A stretch of 64,000 nucleotides of DNA from a virus (IMGVR_UViG_3300025466_000023:17519-81518); one strand, 5' to 3'. Shown: positions 19,430 through 28,428, counted from the stretch's first letter. The notes: a model not told the origin generated them from the letters alone. A program made the numbers and translations.

Positions 19430-19990
19430 TTATGCTCCTAGTGTGATTACCTTAGTATATATCGTTTGATCTCCGCCTTGTGGAACTAGATAATATATGT
19501 TCCTTGCTTGAATATTATATTCTGTTAATAGCGGTCGAATAAAGATATTTTCAAATAGTGTAGTTAATTGCGCAGTATTACTGTTACAACTGTTTACTTG
19601 GTTCTCTAACCATTCTACAGATTTGGCACTATTGTTAATCCAATCTTGTGCAACAAAGTCACTATAGATATTTTCGTACCCTGGATCTAGAAAAATATCT
19701 TGGCTAGCATCGTACCCTTGGGCAACAAGGCTAGTAGTTAACCAATCAGCTAATTTCATTTGTCTAGTAGAGCCCATTTTCAGCACATCAAAAAAGTCTT
19801 GATTAGATGTGTTATTAATTACTCCAATAATCTGTTGTCCTGAAACGGGAGATCCGTTTAGTGTCAATGCTTGCATGCAGGGATGACTTAATGCAAATTG
19901 AATAAAGATGCTAGAAGTGGAATAAGTGTTAGTAGCTGTATTGATTGCTACGGCAGTCCATGAAAACGTAGATGAAGTTGTGTCTGACAT
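19430..19990 (-). CDS. Hypothetical protein, 186 aa
   Basis: Coupled ORF; Ser/Thr-rich N-terminus. Confidence 0.65.
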   Translation of the reverse strand: MSDTTSSTFSWTAVAINTATNTYSTSSIFIQFALSHPCMQALTLNGSPVSGQQIIGVINNTSNQDFFDVLKMGSTRQMKLADWLTTSLVAQGYDASQDIFLDPGYENIYSDFVAQDWINNSAKSVEWLENQVNSCNSNTAQLTTLFENIFIRPLLTEYNIQARNIYYLVPQGGDQTIYTKVITLGA

Positions 19991-20244
19991 TAGCTGTGAT
20001 CTCCACCATAGTTTTTAACAGGACCATTTGGCGCTGTTTTAACTTTCTTGCCACGTAAGGGCTTTCCAGAACCTTTCTTACCCTGTGTACCCGATCCGTC
20101 TGTGTGATCGGAGTCATGGGCAACATAGCCCCTGCTAACGCATTGTGCATAACGCACATTGGATAAGCGTGAATGCCCCACCGAGCATTGGCTACGAGTG
20201 GGGGCTTTGAGTTTCTTTTCAGTTAATAGTTCGGTGATGCGCAT
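19990..20244 (-). CDS. Small basic protein, probable head-internal protein
   Basis: MRITELLTE N-terminus, Lys-rich; TAAATA-N5-ATG. Confidence 0.6.
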   Translation of the reverse strand: MRITELLTEKKLKAPTRSQCSVGHSRLSNVRYAQCVSRGYVAHDSDHTDGSGTQGKKGSGKPLRGKKVKTAPNGPVKNYGGDHS

Positions 20245-20252
20245 ACAGTTAT

Positions 20253-20963
20253 TTAGTTTGCCTGGGCTGTACGTGCTCCGTCCCTTTCACCGTAAAAGAA
20301 ATGTCCACCTATACGGCCTAGCCTGTGCTTCTGACCAGCCCATGAAGGGTGAATTCGTGTTGCATGAAAGTAAAGTGCATCCGAATACTTGTCACGCATA
20401 TCGGAATACGAGTCTTCGTTAGCTAATAGATTCATAGCCACTTCTTGACTTTCGATCCAACGTTCATCCGAGCTCTTGGGTTTGCTGACTGTCATGCAGT
20501 TCCATGAGAATTGACATACTGCCAGTTTGTTCCAAACAGTCATGCGTTCGGTTTTCTGTTCAGTTTTTCCAAACCAACCTACCTTTACATCTCGGGTCAC
20601 GGTTTGTGTCTTGGGAACATCGACGACTAACTTCTGATTTACTACACCACATATAGTAGGTGAGAATCTTCCATCTTGAGCTCGATTTAGAGTAACTAGG
20701 CCTACGGCTATCTTGCCCTCTTTGGGCTCGCTACCTGCTTCATAGAATATATTCCTTGCTAGACAGGCTAGTTCTTTTGGATTAACAATGGGACTCACTA
20801 GAGTGTCCACTGTTGAGTGTAGCTTATCCTTTGCTTCATCAACAAAGTTGTATGCTACTGTGAATTGACCCTCTTGTGTCGGGGCCTCGGCATGACCGGG
20901 TGCCATTACGGTCAGGGCCGATACTGCTACTAACGCCATTACGACTGAGCGTGTTATAGACAT
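20253..20963 (-). CDS. Cell wall hydrolase (SleB/Hydrolase_2)
   Basis: CLARNIFYEAGSEP..GKIAVGLVTLNR, TICGVV, QFSW, ALYFHA, RIGGHFFY; hydrophobic N-terminus. Confidence 0.9.
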   Translation of the reverse strand: MSITRSVVMALVAVSALTVMAPGHAEAPTQEGQFTVAYNFVDEAKDKLHSTVDTLVSPIVNPKELACLARNIFYEAGSEPKEGKIAVGLVTLNRAQDGRFSPTICGVVNQKLVVDVPKTQTVTRDVKVGWFGKTEQKTERMTVWNKLAVCQFSWNCMTVSKPKSSDERWIESQEVAMNLLANEDSYSDMRDKYSDALYFHATRIHPSWAGQKHRLGRIGGHFFYGERDGARTAQAN

Positions 20964-21098
20964 ATATCTGTCCTCCTTTGGTTGTTTACTGCTGTCTGTG
21001 TGTCAAATCCTTTTAAGGGTAAGTTTAGTTAATGCAATATTCTAATACTAAGGTAAGAATAGGCCAAAAATGACCTATTTTTACTATTATAGCGGGTT

Positions 21099-21299
21099 TT
21101 AACTGTTTTCGCTATCGTTTTGAACATCTGGAGTATTACCGCGAGGCTTACGCTCTTTCTTTGGTACTATGAGTGAGTGTAGATCTGCTTGTATGGTCAT
21201 TCGCTTGACATGTCCACGCATTTCTTTATCTGTAATAGATGCTAGGAAACATTTGTTCTGTCTGCTCATTTTGTAGTTTGGTCCTGGTTTTAAGTACAT
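21099..21299 (-). CDS. Hypothetical basic protein (start ATG 21299)
   Basis: AAGGAG upstream of MYLKPGPNYKMS. Confidence 0.55.
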   Translation of the reverse strand: MYLKPGPNYKMSRQNKCFLASITDKEMRGHVKRMTIQADLHSLIVPKKERKPRGNTPDVQNDSENS

Positions 21300-21380
21300 G
21301 TTGTCTATTGACTCCTTTTGTATAGTTATGTTATACTCAAGACTAGTATAACACAAATTGACGGAGCCGTAAATACCTAT

Positions 21381-22196
21381 ATGGAACAATACAAACACGA
21401 AAACAACCCCTTCTTCAACGACACCTATTCGGATGTCAACACATTTAAAATATCGGGCACCCCTTTAGAAGTAATCCAAAGTCTGGCTTATGTTAGAGCC
21501 ATGGGCGGGGGCCACGTTAGGATTGGTATGGGCTTGCTCAATGCCAAAAGCATCTACTATGCAGGAGTAGCGGCCAAACCAGAATGGCGAGGACGTCTAA
21601 ACCAAGAAGACCTAGAGATCATCCAGAAGCTGACCCAGAATCAAAAATGGATCAAAAGCGTCGAGCCCTGGGCGGGCGAGATCGTTACCTACGACCTGGA
21701 CAAGGTTGACTATACTGTGGACAAGGACAATGTGTTTAACATGCACCCTATGGACCGCTTTGGTAAAGTTCTAAAGATACATTGGACCCAATGGCAACAG
21801 GCTCGCTTTAAAAGCTGGCTAGACATTCCTGCTAACGTGGGGCGCCCACAGGGCAAGGCCATAGTATTGTGTGGCGGCAACTGGAATTCCAATCCTCAGT
21901 ATGCGCTATGGGCACAGCAAAACATAGGGCAAGTATCAACATTCGTGGGTACCCAATCAGAATTCGACAGCTTTACCAAAACCACAGGCATCAAGTGCTC
22001 CAAGGTCATTACCAAAGACGTATGGACCCTGGCCACATGGGTTTCGGGCGCACAACAGGTCATTGGTACTCCAGGTTGGGGTATCGCAGTAGCACAGGCC
22101 TGCAACAAACCCTATGCTGTACAAAAGATCGACAACGTAGACACATGGAATGATCCATGGCTACTAGCTGAGCGCGGCAACAACTCAGCATTTTAA
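21381..22196 (+). CDS. Glycosyltransferase-like protein, degenerate paralog of 40730-41554
   Basis: Aligns by eye along its length with the 274-aa protein; TAAATA-N5-ATG at 21381. Confidence 0.6.
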   Translation: MEQYKHENNPFFNDTYSDVNTFKISGTPLEVIQSLAYVRAMGGGHVRIGMGLLNAKSIYYAGVAAKPEWRGRLNQEDLEIIQKLTQNQKWIKSVEPWAGEIVTYDLDKVDYTVDKDNVFNMHPMDRFGKVLKIHWTQWQQARFKSWLDIPANVGRPQGKAIVLCGGNWNSNPQYALWAQQNIGQVSTFVGTQSEFDSFTKTTGIKCSKVITKDVWTLATWVSGAQQVIGTPGWGIAVAQACNKPYAVQKIDNVDTWNDPWLLAERGNNSAF

Positions 22197-22207
22197 AGGA
22201 GCCTACT

Positions 22208-22435
22208 ATGGCATCAGGACTACAAAAACTCAAGCATCACGTGTTGTTGTTAAAAAACAAGCATGAAAAGCTGGGCAAAGAATTGGCTCGTGAATCAAGC
22301 GAGCTAGCACCCGACGACCACAAGATCGATTTGATCAAACAGGCCCAGGGTCGCATTGAACAGCAGATCGTCATGCTGGAAAGTCGTATCAACAACGCAG
22401 TCAATGTCAAGAAACCAGATATCATGCAACCATGA
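22208..22435 (+). CDS. Small coiled-coil protein (DUF465-like)
   Basis: AAGGAG SD; L..KH..L...L......DD..I..IK. Confidence 0.5.
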   Translation: MASGLQKLKHHVLLLKNKHEKLGKELARESSELAPDDHKIDLIKQAQGRIEQQIVMLESRINNAVNVKKPDIMQP

Positions 22436-23022
22436 TCATCAATATTCGACGAGAGCCCATACGCTATATCGAAATCAATGACTTCCTAGACCAGCCCACT
22501 CTGGATCGTTGGTTAGCAACGCTAGATCGCATGACTTGCCAAGCAGGTGACGTCACTGACCCACAGGGCCAAAGCAGAGTTAATTCTATCAAGAAAAACA
22601 AAAATGCTTGGCTAACTCCGCCAAATGATCTAGGGCTAGAGTTTAGAGATCGCTGTTGGTCACAGGCCATCAAGCAGGCCCTAATAGATATGGATGACTA
22701 CCTGTTTCTAGCACACAGGCTAGTGGATGAAGGTAGCATGATGTATTCAGTTTACGATCAGGGCGACTACTATCAATGGCACAGAGATCGTACTCCCTAT
22801 TTGACCTACAATTTGGTTCTAGAAGCCGCTAAACAGGGTGGTGAATTTGAGCTTAGTACCAGTATTCAAGAACCCCATTCAGCTACAGAAACTCTAGCCA
22901 ATACGTCAAACACACTGATAATATTTCCCAGCTTCCTAGTGCATCAAGTCAAGCCCGTAGTTGAGGGACAGCGCAAGACACTACAGTACTTTCAAAACTC
23001 CACTAGAACTTTTAGTCAATGA
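22432..23022 (+). CDS. 2OG-Fe(II) oxygenase (prolyl-hydroxylase-like)
   Basis: YDQGDYYQWHRD, GGEF, IIFPSFLVHQVKPV..GQR. Confidence 0.85.
   Translation: MIINIRREPIRYIEINDFLDQPTLDRWLATLDRMTCQAGDVTDPQGQSRVNSIKKNKNAWLTPPNDLGLEFRDRCWSQAIKQALIDMDDYLFLAHRLVDEGSMMYSVYDQGDYYQWHRDRTPYLTYNLVLEAAKQGGEFELSTSIQEPHSATETLANTSNTLIIFPSFLVHQVKPVVEGQRKTLQYFQNSTRTFSQ
23002..23019 (+). repeat. 18-bp direct repeat, copy 1
   Basis: ACTAGAACTTTTAGTCAA, identical to 23541-23558. Confidence 0.9.
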
Positions 23023-23023
23023 A

Positions 23024-23545
23024 ATGTTGCCCTATTTTAAAAAGCTATCACCGGGCTGGTTAAATCTCAGAGGATTTGAGTGGGAACAGCGCAAGGGCGA
23101 AATGGCAATAGAACTGGGCAAGGATCCGGTTTATCTACGCTACTATCGAATCAAAGACTATCCAGAATTTTGGACTAGATTCCGTTTTCAAGGGCCCAAA
23201 CCAGCTAGCATATATCTATGCGAAACCACGGGCACGGGCTATCAGGGCATACATCAAGACATAAACACAGGCACTACCCTAAACTATTATATTGACTGTG
23301 CGGGGGATCCCACACGTTTTTATCGATACACGGGCCAACTGCCCGAAGAGCCCACTGAACACAATATTGACCCCGAATTGATACAGCAGGTAGCTGAATT
23401 CATAGCACAGCCTAAAGACAGCTATTTGTTAAATGTGCAAGAGTGGCATGATGTAGTCAAGGCCAGCATCTTACCCAGAAAATTCATACAGTGGAATTGG
23501 ACCGAACAGTTTGATCTAGTTAGACTTACTCTACTGAATAACTAG
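23024..23545 (+). CDS. Cupin/2OG-oxygenase-like protein (start ATG 23024)
   Basis: IHQD...LNYYI...YLLNVQEWHDV...RKF. Confidence 0.6.
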   Translation: MLPYFKKLSPGWLNLRGFEWEQRKGEMAIELGKDPVYLRYYRIKDYPEFWTRFRFQGPKPASIYLCETTGTGYQGIHQDINTGTTLNYYIDCAGDPTRFYRYTGQLPEEPTEHNIDPELIQQVAEFIAQPKDSYLLNVQEWHDVVKASILPRKFIQWNWTEQFDLVRLTLLNN

Positions 23546-23558
23546 AACTTTTAGTCAA
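23541..23558 (+). repeat. 18-bp direct repeat, copy 2
   Basis: ACTAGAACTTTTAGTCAA. Confidence 0.9.
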
Positions 23559-23772
23559 CCCAAGCTTCTCGCTTGACCCGCCCTACCCAATCCATCCAAC
23601 GCAGTGCAAACATGGTGTTGTAAGGCCAACGGCTGTCTAAGACCACTGTAACATCACCAAAAGCATTGAACTTGATATAGCCTCCTTCGGCCTGTACTTC
23701 GGCCCAGATATCTTCTGAAGGCGCATCAGGCCATAGTGTATACTCTATGATATAGTGAGTTGGTTTTACCAT
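23551..23772 (-). CDS. Hypothetical protein (start ATG 23772)
   Basis: TAAATA-N5-ATG; TMFALRW motif. Confidence 0.6.
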   Translation of the reverse strand: MVKPTHYIIEYTLWPDAPSEDIWAEVQAEGGYIKFNAFGDVTVVLDSRWPYNTMFALRWMDWVGRVKREAWVD

Positions 23773-23843
23773 ACAGGTATTTACTGTTGTTTTTATTTCG
23801 ATTTGTGTTATAATAGCAGTTAAGTATAAAAAGGAATTGAGCA

Positions 23844-24575
23844 ATGACAGCAGTAAAAGGAAGAAAACAATTAACCTATTTGGAAAGAACCAAACTGTTT
23901 AGATCTCAGCCACGCGAAATTAGGTTCTATGACTGTGAGCTGATCAACAAATACATCAATTTAATAGAAAGTTTCAGCAAAGACGACTATCAGCTTTACG
24001 AACGTCTACTGCACAGTTACAAACGTGTACAACCCATGTTGAAATACTGTGGTCATAGAGGTATACAGGGTCCAGCACTAGAACTAGCCAATATCAGAAG
24101 CCAAGATCTAAAACTACATCAAAAACTACTACAAGTCTTGAGAAACAGATGGACTGATACCTATAGAGTGCAACAACAAAAGGTCAACGCAACTCCGCAT
24201 ATTTTTTGGAACAAAATGGCATCGAATATACAACGTCGATGTCAAGTGGAAAATATAGCATTATACCCAGGATGGCAAGGACCTACAGGCAAAGAAGTCT
24301 TGATAGACTTTTTGATTGAGCAGTTTGAACGTCAAAAAGGTCTTTGTGCTATATCTTGCGATAATATGACTTTAACCATTGGACAAAAGCAAAAAAATCA
24401 AAACAAGTGCAGTCCTGATAGAAAGAACAGCAACCTAGGCTATACACCTGATAATCTTTGGCTGGTCACTTGGTGGGTAAACTGCATGAAGATGGACATG
24501 AGTATGTTGACGTTTTGGCGTAGAGTTGATACCCTAGCTGAAAGCAGGCGTCAAAGACTGGGTTTTAAAGAATAG
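23844..24575 (+). CDS. Putative His-Me finger/HNH-like endonuclease
   Basis: C-terminal QKGLCAIS...SPDRKNSNLGYTPDNLWLV..WVN.MK. Confidence 0.65.
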   Translation: MTAVKGRKQLTYLERTKLFRSQPREIRFYDCELINKYINLIESFSKDDYQLYERLLHSYKRVQPMLKYCGHRGIQGPALELANIRSQDLKLHQKLLQVLRNRWTDTYRVQQQKVNATPHIFWNKMASNIQRRCQVENIALYPGWQGPTGKEVLIDFLIEQFERQKGLCAISCDNMTLTIGQKQKNQNKCSPDRKNSNLGYTPDNLWLVTWWVNCMKMDMSMLTFWRRVDTLAESRRQRLGFKE

Positions 24576-24701
24576 GTTTTACCATGTGTATATTCCAACG
24601 ATCTTACGCGAAGCGTCGGTTAGCAAATTTTTTGCTCGATAGAGAAGCAGGAACCAAAAAAAGACCTGCTATACACTAGGATATAGTCAGGCCCTTCTGT
24701 C

Positions 24702-24729
24702 TCTTCAGCGAGCAGAGTCGCTGAAAAGA
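24702..24729. terminator. Hairpin between convergent genes
   Basis: TTCAGCGA-gcagag-TCGCTGAA. Confidence 0.5.
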
Positions 24730-24750
24730 CCGACTGCTATTAAAAACCCT

Positions 24751-26196
24751 TTAAAAATGCACGGGTCCTTGGAACCAACCCACTAGACTCTTGCGCACAC
24801 CACGAGTCACGGGAGTAACTGCATGCAACATCCAACTAGGAAACACAGTAATAGATCCCCGAGTTTTGGGTGCTGAGATGGGCTCAGGTTCTCCACTATA
24901 TAGCACTAGATCTCCACCTTCATATTCACTAGGATCACTAAGTTGTATAGTAAAGCTGAGCTTGCGCATGCCCGCATCTCCTGCTCCCCAATCATAGTGC
25001 GGAGTATAGTGCCCACCCCGATCTTCAGTATAGATGCTGTACTGCAGGGGTTCAAGATGCTGTATATCATAATGGAACATGTTGTTGTTAGCTATAGCTA
25101 CTGCTTCCCACAAGCGTCGATACAACCAAGCACTAGCTTCTGTGCCCTGTATCCAGCCCACATCTGTTACTCGTATTTGGGGATTGACAAATCCTTCTAC
25201 TGCTGTGGATATTTTGGCGGGCGTTATGCCTCTAGAGTCTATGAGCCCAGGTAAGCTAGCTATTTCTTCAGGTGTAAGGAAATCATCTAAGGCCGCCCAT
25301 ACACGATCCATTACCAACAGAGCGTGATCACAGGGCTCACGATGCCCACAACTAGTGCAAGCGGGCATGTGTAGTACAGGTGTTGCAGGAGAGGCCAAGT
25401 CAACAGGCGCTGATCCAGCACCTACTGTATATCTATTGCGAGCTTCGGGCGGTGCATGGGTAGTGGCTTCAACTGCTCTATCAATGGTCAGCAAGCTGGG
25501 TTTACTATTATTAGTAGGTGTATTGGGTATTTCGGGTATACCGCGTGAATGATGAGCACGAGTGGGTGCTATGGGCTTGTCATAATCAATACTATCGGGC
25601 GTACGATTACCAAAGGATGACGCATAAAATCCCACAGGTAGTCGTGATTCGGCCATGGTGTAGATAGCTGACGCTTTAGGTGATGTTGTCAGCTGGCTAG
25701 GATCAAATTCAGAGTCTATACGTGCCGCGGCTGATTGAAACCAACTGTCAGTAAAGCTGATGCCATAGTCTAGTGGGCCAATACCGGGCGAATACTTAGA
25801 GTTAGCTGATGCAAGACTCCAGTCAACTGAGTATGGCTTAACAACATGTCCACGTGCTTGAGTAGCTTCTCTATGAGTTCTAGTGGTATACAAGGGATTG
25901 GGCGGTGTAAACTGAGTAAAGTTAAATTTGGGTTTCCAATCTGCGGTAAACTCATAGTTGTCAAATCCCTGCTCAACTAGTTCAGGATTAGAGTATTTGA
26001 AACTCTTGATAGGATGGAATTCATCTTGTACTGGACGCTCTAGCCCTGTAGAATGATCTATAGCAGGAGGAACATGCGAGTCAGGTATAGTGCTAGAAAC
26101 AAAGGAGTCATACTTATCGGAGTGCTTGAAATAGGGCACTGACTCAGTTAATGCTGGCTGTGTTGCGTAGGGTTTATTATTAGTCTGTTTAGTCAT
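24751..26196 (-). CDS. 2OG-Fe(II) oxygenase (PiuC/PKHD-like) with long N-terminal extension
   Basis: C-terminal GHYTPHYD, RKLSFTIQLSDPSEYEGGDL, FPSWMLHAVTPVTRGVRKSLVGW. Confidence 0.85.
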   Translation of the reverse strand: MTKQTNNKPYATQPALTESVPYFKHSDKYDSFVSSTIPDSHVPPAIDHSTGLERPVQDEFHPIKSFKYSNPELVEQGFDNYEFTADWKPKFNFTQFTPPNPLYTTRTHREATQARGHVVKPYSVDWSLASANSKYSPGIGPLDYGISFTDSWFQSAAARIDSEFDPSQLTTSPKASAIYTMAESRLPVGFYASSFGNRTPDSIDYDKPIAPTRAHHSRGIPEIPNTPTNNSKPSLLTIDRAVEATTHAPPEARNRYTVGAGSAPVDLASPATPVLHMPACTSCGHREPCDHALLVMDRVWAALDDFLTPEEIASLPGLIDSRGITPAKISTAVEGFVNPQIRVTDVGWIQGTEASAWLYRRLWEAVAIANNNMFHYDIQHLEPLQYSIYTEDRGGHYTPHYDWGAGDAGMRKLSFTIQLSDPSEYEGGDLVLYSGEPEPISAPKTRGSITVFPSWMLHAVTPVTRGVRKSLVGWFQGPVHF

Positions 26197-26376
26197 AGTA
26201 ATATTTACGCCAGCAGAAGCCGGATGAGAATTATTGTGACTATATTGCGACTACATGAGTACTGTATAAGCGACTGTGATCCCTAGGGCGACTGCTCAGT
26301 AAACCTGCGTCCAACAACTAACAAGTATAGTATATAATACCCCGCTGTAGAGGTCAACCTAATAGAGCAGAAAGCA

Positions 26377-26481
26377 AAATTTACTTTGTTATTGGCTAGA
26401 AATTTACTTTGTTATTGTGGGAGATCGTGTGGGGGGCATTGTGGGAAGAACTGTGGGAGCACTATGGGAGCACTATGGGAA
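26377..26481 (+). repeat. Two 18-bp direct repeats followed by six phased T(G/A)TGGG repeats
   Basis: AAATTTACTTTGTTATTG at 26377 and 26400; TRTGGG at 26416, 26428, 26440, 26452, 26463, 26474. Confidence 0.85.
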
Positions 26482-26664
26482 GAGTAGAAAAAGTATTTCT
26501 TGCATAGCCTGTCACCCCAACCACCCCTAGAAAATTTTTAGCCTATATTTTCAAATTTTTACCAATTTTCCCCACCCATTTGGCCAGAATTGGCACCGTT
26601 TTGGCCACCAAATCCACCGTTTCTGTGGTTGACAAAACCACTCTACGGCAGTATAATAAATGCT

Positions 26665-26832
26665 ATGAAACAGATAACTCTATACCCCGCTGTAATGGTT
26701 CTGATAGTATGCTCGGTGTCACTTTTATCAGGATGCGCTCAAGTGACTCCGGGTGCGGAGCCTGTTCAATATATAAACACGCCCTGGGGATGGGGAGGTA
26801 AGTACTGTCATGACAATCCCCAACGGTGCTAA
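26665..26832 (+). CDS. Small lipoprotein (start ATG 26665)
   Basis: MKQ + hydrophobic stretch + LSGC lipobox. Confidence 0.6.
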   Translation: MKQITLYPAVMVLIVCSVSLLSGCAQVTPGAEPVQYINTPWGWGGKYCHDNPQRC

Positions 26833-26869
26833 AATCAATCAAACTTATATAGTAGGAGTCACGGATATT

Positions 26870-27007
26870 ATGCAAACATATGATCTTTGGGTAGTGATAG
26901 ATGGCAGAGATACTCACATCACTATACAGGCCAAGGACAGCCTACAGGCTCGCAGTATAGGGGAACAGTTGTATGGTCGCGTATATGGATGTACGCTACT
27001 GAGTTAA
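26870..27007 (+). CDS. Small hypothetical protein
   Basis: AGGAG upstream of MQTYDLWVV. Confidence 0.5.
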   Translation: MQTYDLWVVIDGRDTHITIQAKDSLQARSIGEQLYGRVYGCTLLS

Positions 27008-27019
27008 TAAAGGACTATT

Positions 27020-28090
27020 ATGAGTGAACAAGAGCAAATAAACCCCGCTGTAGAGCCCCAATCAAAAGGTAAGATTGGCATTATACAGAGCCGTGGCATT
27101 GGTGATATCGTGATCGCCCTGCCCATAGCACGTGAATACTATCGGGAAGGCTATGCCGTATACTGGCCCATCTGTGAGGAATTCGTAAGCCATTTTGAGG
27201 ACACAGTGCCTTGGATCACGTGGATGGCCGTGGAAACTGACCCGCAGGGCTTGTTCTTCCTAGACACTCCCTTACAAGCACTTGAATCAGTTGGCATTAC
27301 CAGCGAGGACGATATACTGTATCTCTATCAGTACTTGAGTAGTGTACCCGAGCGCACTGATCCCGACTTGTTTGCCATGATGAAGTTTGATCAGTACAAG
27401 TATGCCAAAGCTGGGGTAGCCTTCGCTAAGAAGTGGGAGTTATCAGAGTGTATAACTCGTGATCCTGCTCGTGAACAAGCTCTATACGATCGGTTGGTTA
27501 AGAGTGATCGCTACATGGTCTATCAGCAAAAGGCCTCGGATGTAGAGTATCAGATCGATTTAAGCAATATCGAGCCGGGAGTACAATGCATCGAGATCAC
27601 CGAAATCACTGACTCGATCTTTGATTGGCTCAAGATCCTAGAAGGGGCCGAAACGGTTGTCCTAATCGATTCAGTGTTTGCTAACCTGATCGATCAGCTG
27701 AAGATCTGTGGGAATGCTAGCTTGAACTATATGCGCAAATGGAATCGCCGAGTAGATGGCAATCCGGTACTGTTAGGCGATTGGTCATATATACCAGTGG
27801 AAACTCCGCCCGGGGTACAGGTACAGAGCCTAGCTGATGTGGCCAACACAGTACAGCAACAGCAGTCCAGAAACCCCGCTGTAGGGGCCCCAGCACAGCC
27901 CGCACAGCCACCTGCAGGTCCAGGTTATGGATCAGCCGCGACCTATAGCCCATTTGGAGCTACCAAGGGCGGTGTTCCTACCAGTTTCCTAGGTGCTACT
28001 CGCCAGGGACAACAGCAACTGCAGACCAAGGCCGCTCCCAAGCTGAATTCAGCACAGAGTCTGCTGGCAGGACTAGGATTGCGCCAATAA
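27020..28090 (+). CDS. Glycosyltransferase (GT9/heptosyltransferase-like) with Gln/Pro/Gly-rich tail
   Basis: QSRGIGDIVIALPIA...IFDWLKILEGA..VVLIDSVFANL. Confidence 0.7.
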   Translation: MSEQEQINPAVEPQSKGKIGIIQSRGIGDIVIALPIAREYYREGYAVYWPICEEFVSHFEDTVPWITWMAVETDPQGLFFLDTPLQALESVGITSEDDILYLYQYLSSVPERTDPDLFAMMKFDQYKYAKAGVAFAKKWELSECITRDPAREQALYDRLVKSDRYMVYQQKASDVEYQIDLSNIEPGVQCIEITEITDSIFDWLKILEGAETVVLIDSVFANLIDQLKICGNASLNYMRKWNRRVDGNPVLLGDWSYIPVETPPGVQVQSLADVANTVQQQQSRNPAVGAPAQPAQPPAGPGYGSAATYSPFGATKGGVPTSFLGATRQGQQQLQTKAAPKLNSAQSLLAGLGLRQ

Positions 28091-28111
28091 AGGCAGTATA
28101 ATAGTTACTAA

Positions 28112-28188
28112 GGGCCGTTAGCTCATTTGGTTAGAGCAGAGGACTCATAATCCTTTGGTGGTGTGTTCGAATCACACACGGCCCACCA
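28112..28188 (+). tRNA. tRNA with CAT anticodon (Ile2-like; Met not excluded)
   Basis: GGGCCGT/ACGGCCC acceptor, GCTC/GAGC D-stem, GAGGA-CTCATAA-TCCTT, GTGTG-TTCGAAT-CACAC, encoded CCA. Confidence 0.93.
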
Positions 28189-28192
28189 GTAA

Positions 28193-28392
28193 ACCGTAAC
28201 GTGAGTTGAAATGGAGTTCCGGGATCACCGGCTGACACGGGGGATCTTTGGCAACGCCAATAAGTTGGTAAATGAGCCTAGCTCGAGAACATGTTGTGAA
28301 ACATCTAACCTAACACACGTGAAGGGTCCGCCGACGTCAGCGGATGCAGACTCTGCATAGCACATGGGGCTATGTGAGGAGTGACCCACGGT
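28193..28392 (+). ncRNA. Candidate multi-domain structured RNA, ~200 nt
   Basis: Nested stems ACCGT/ACGGT, ACGTGAGTTG/TAACACACGT, GGGTC/GACCC enclosing about seven hairpins; no convincing ORF. Confidence 0.6.
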
Positions 28393-28428
28393 GCCCAGCC
28401 AAACATGCTAGAGCTGGGCGACTTTTCC
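28393..28428 (+). terminator. Probable intrinsic terminator
   Basis: GCCCAGC...GCTGGGC followed by GACTTTTC. Confidence 0.5.

Noticed and set aside
26377-26481. Possible CRISPR or mini-array
   Set aside because: Only two 18-bp copies 5 bp apart plus 6-bp units; no spacer-sized intervals and no cas genes in the window.
28189-28260. HDV-like (theta) ribozyme after the tRNA
   Set aside because: No nested double-pseudoknot pattern found by eye; the sequence is better explained by the larger fold.
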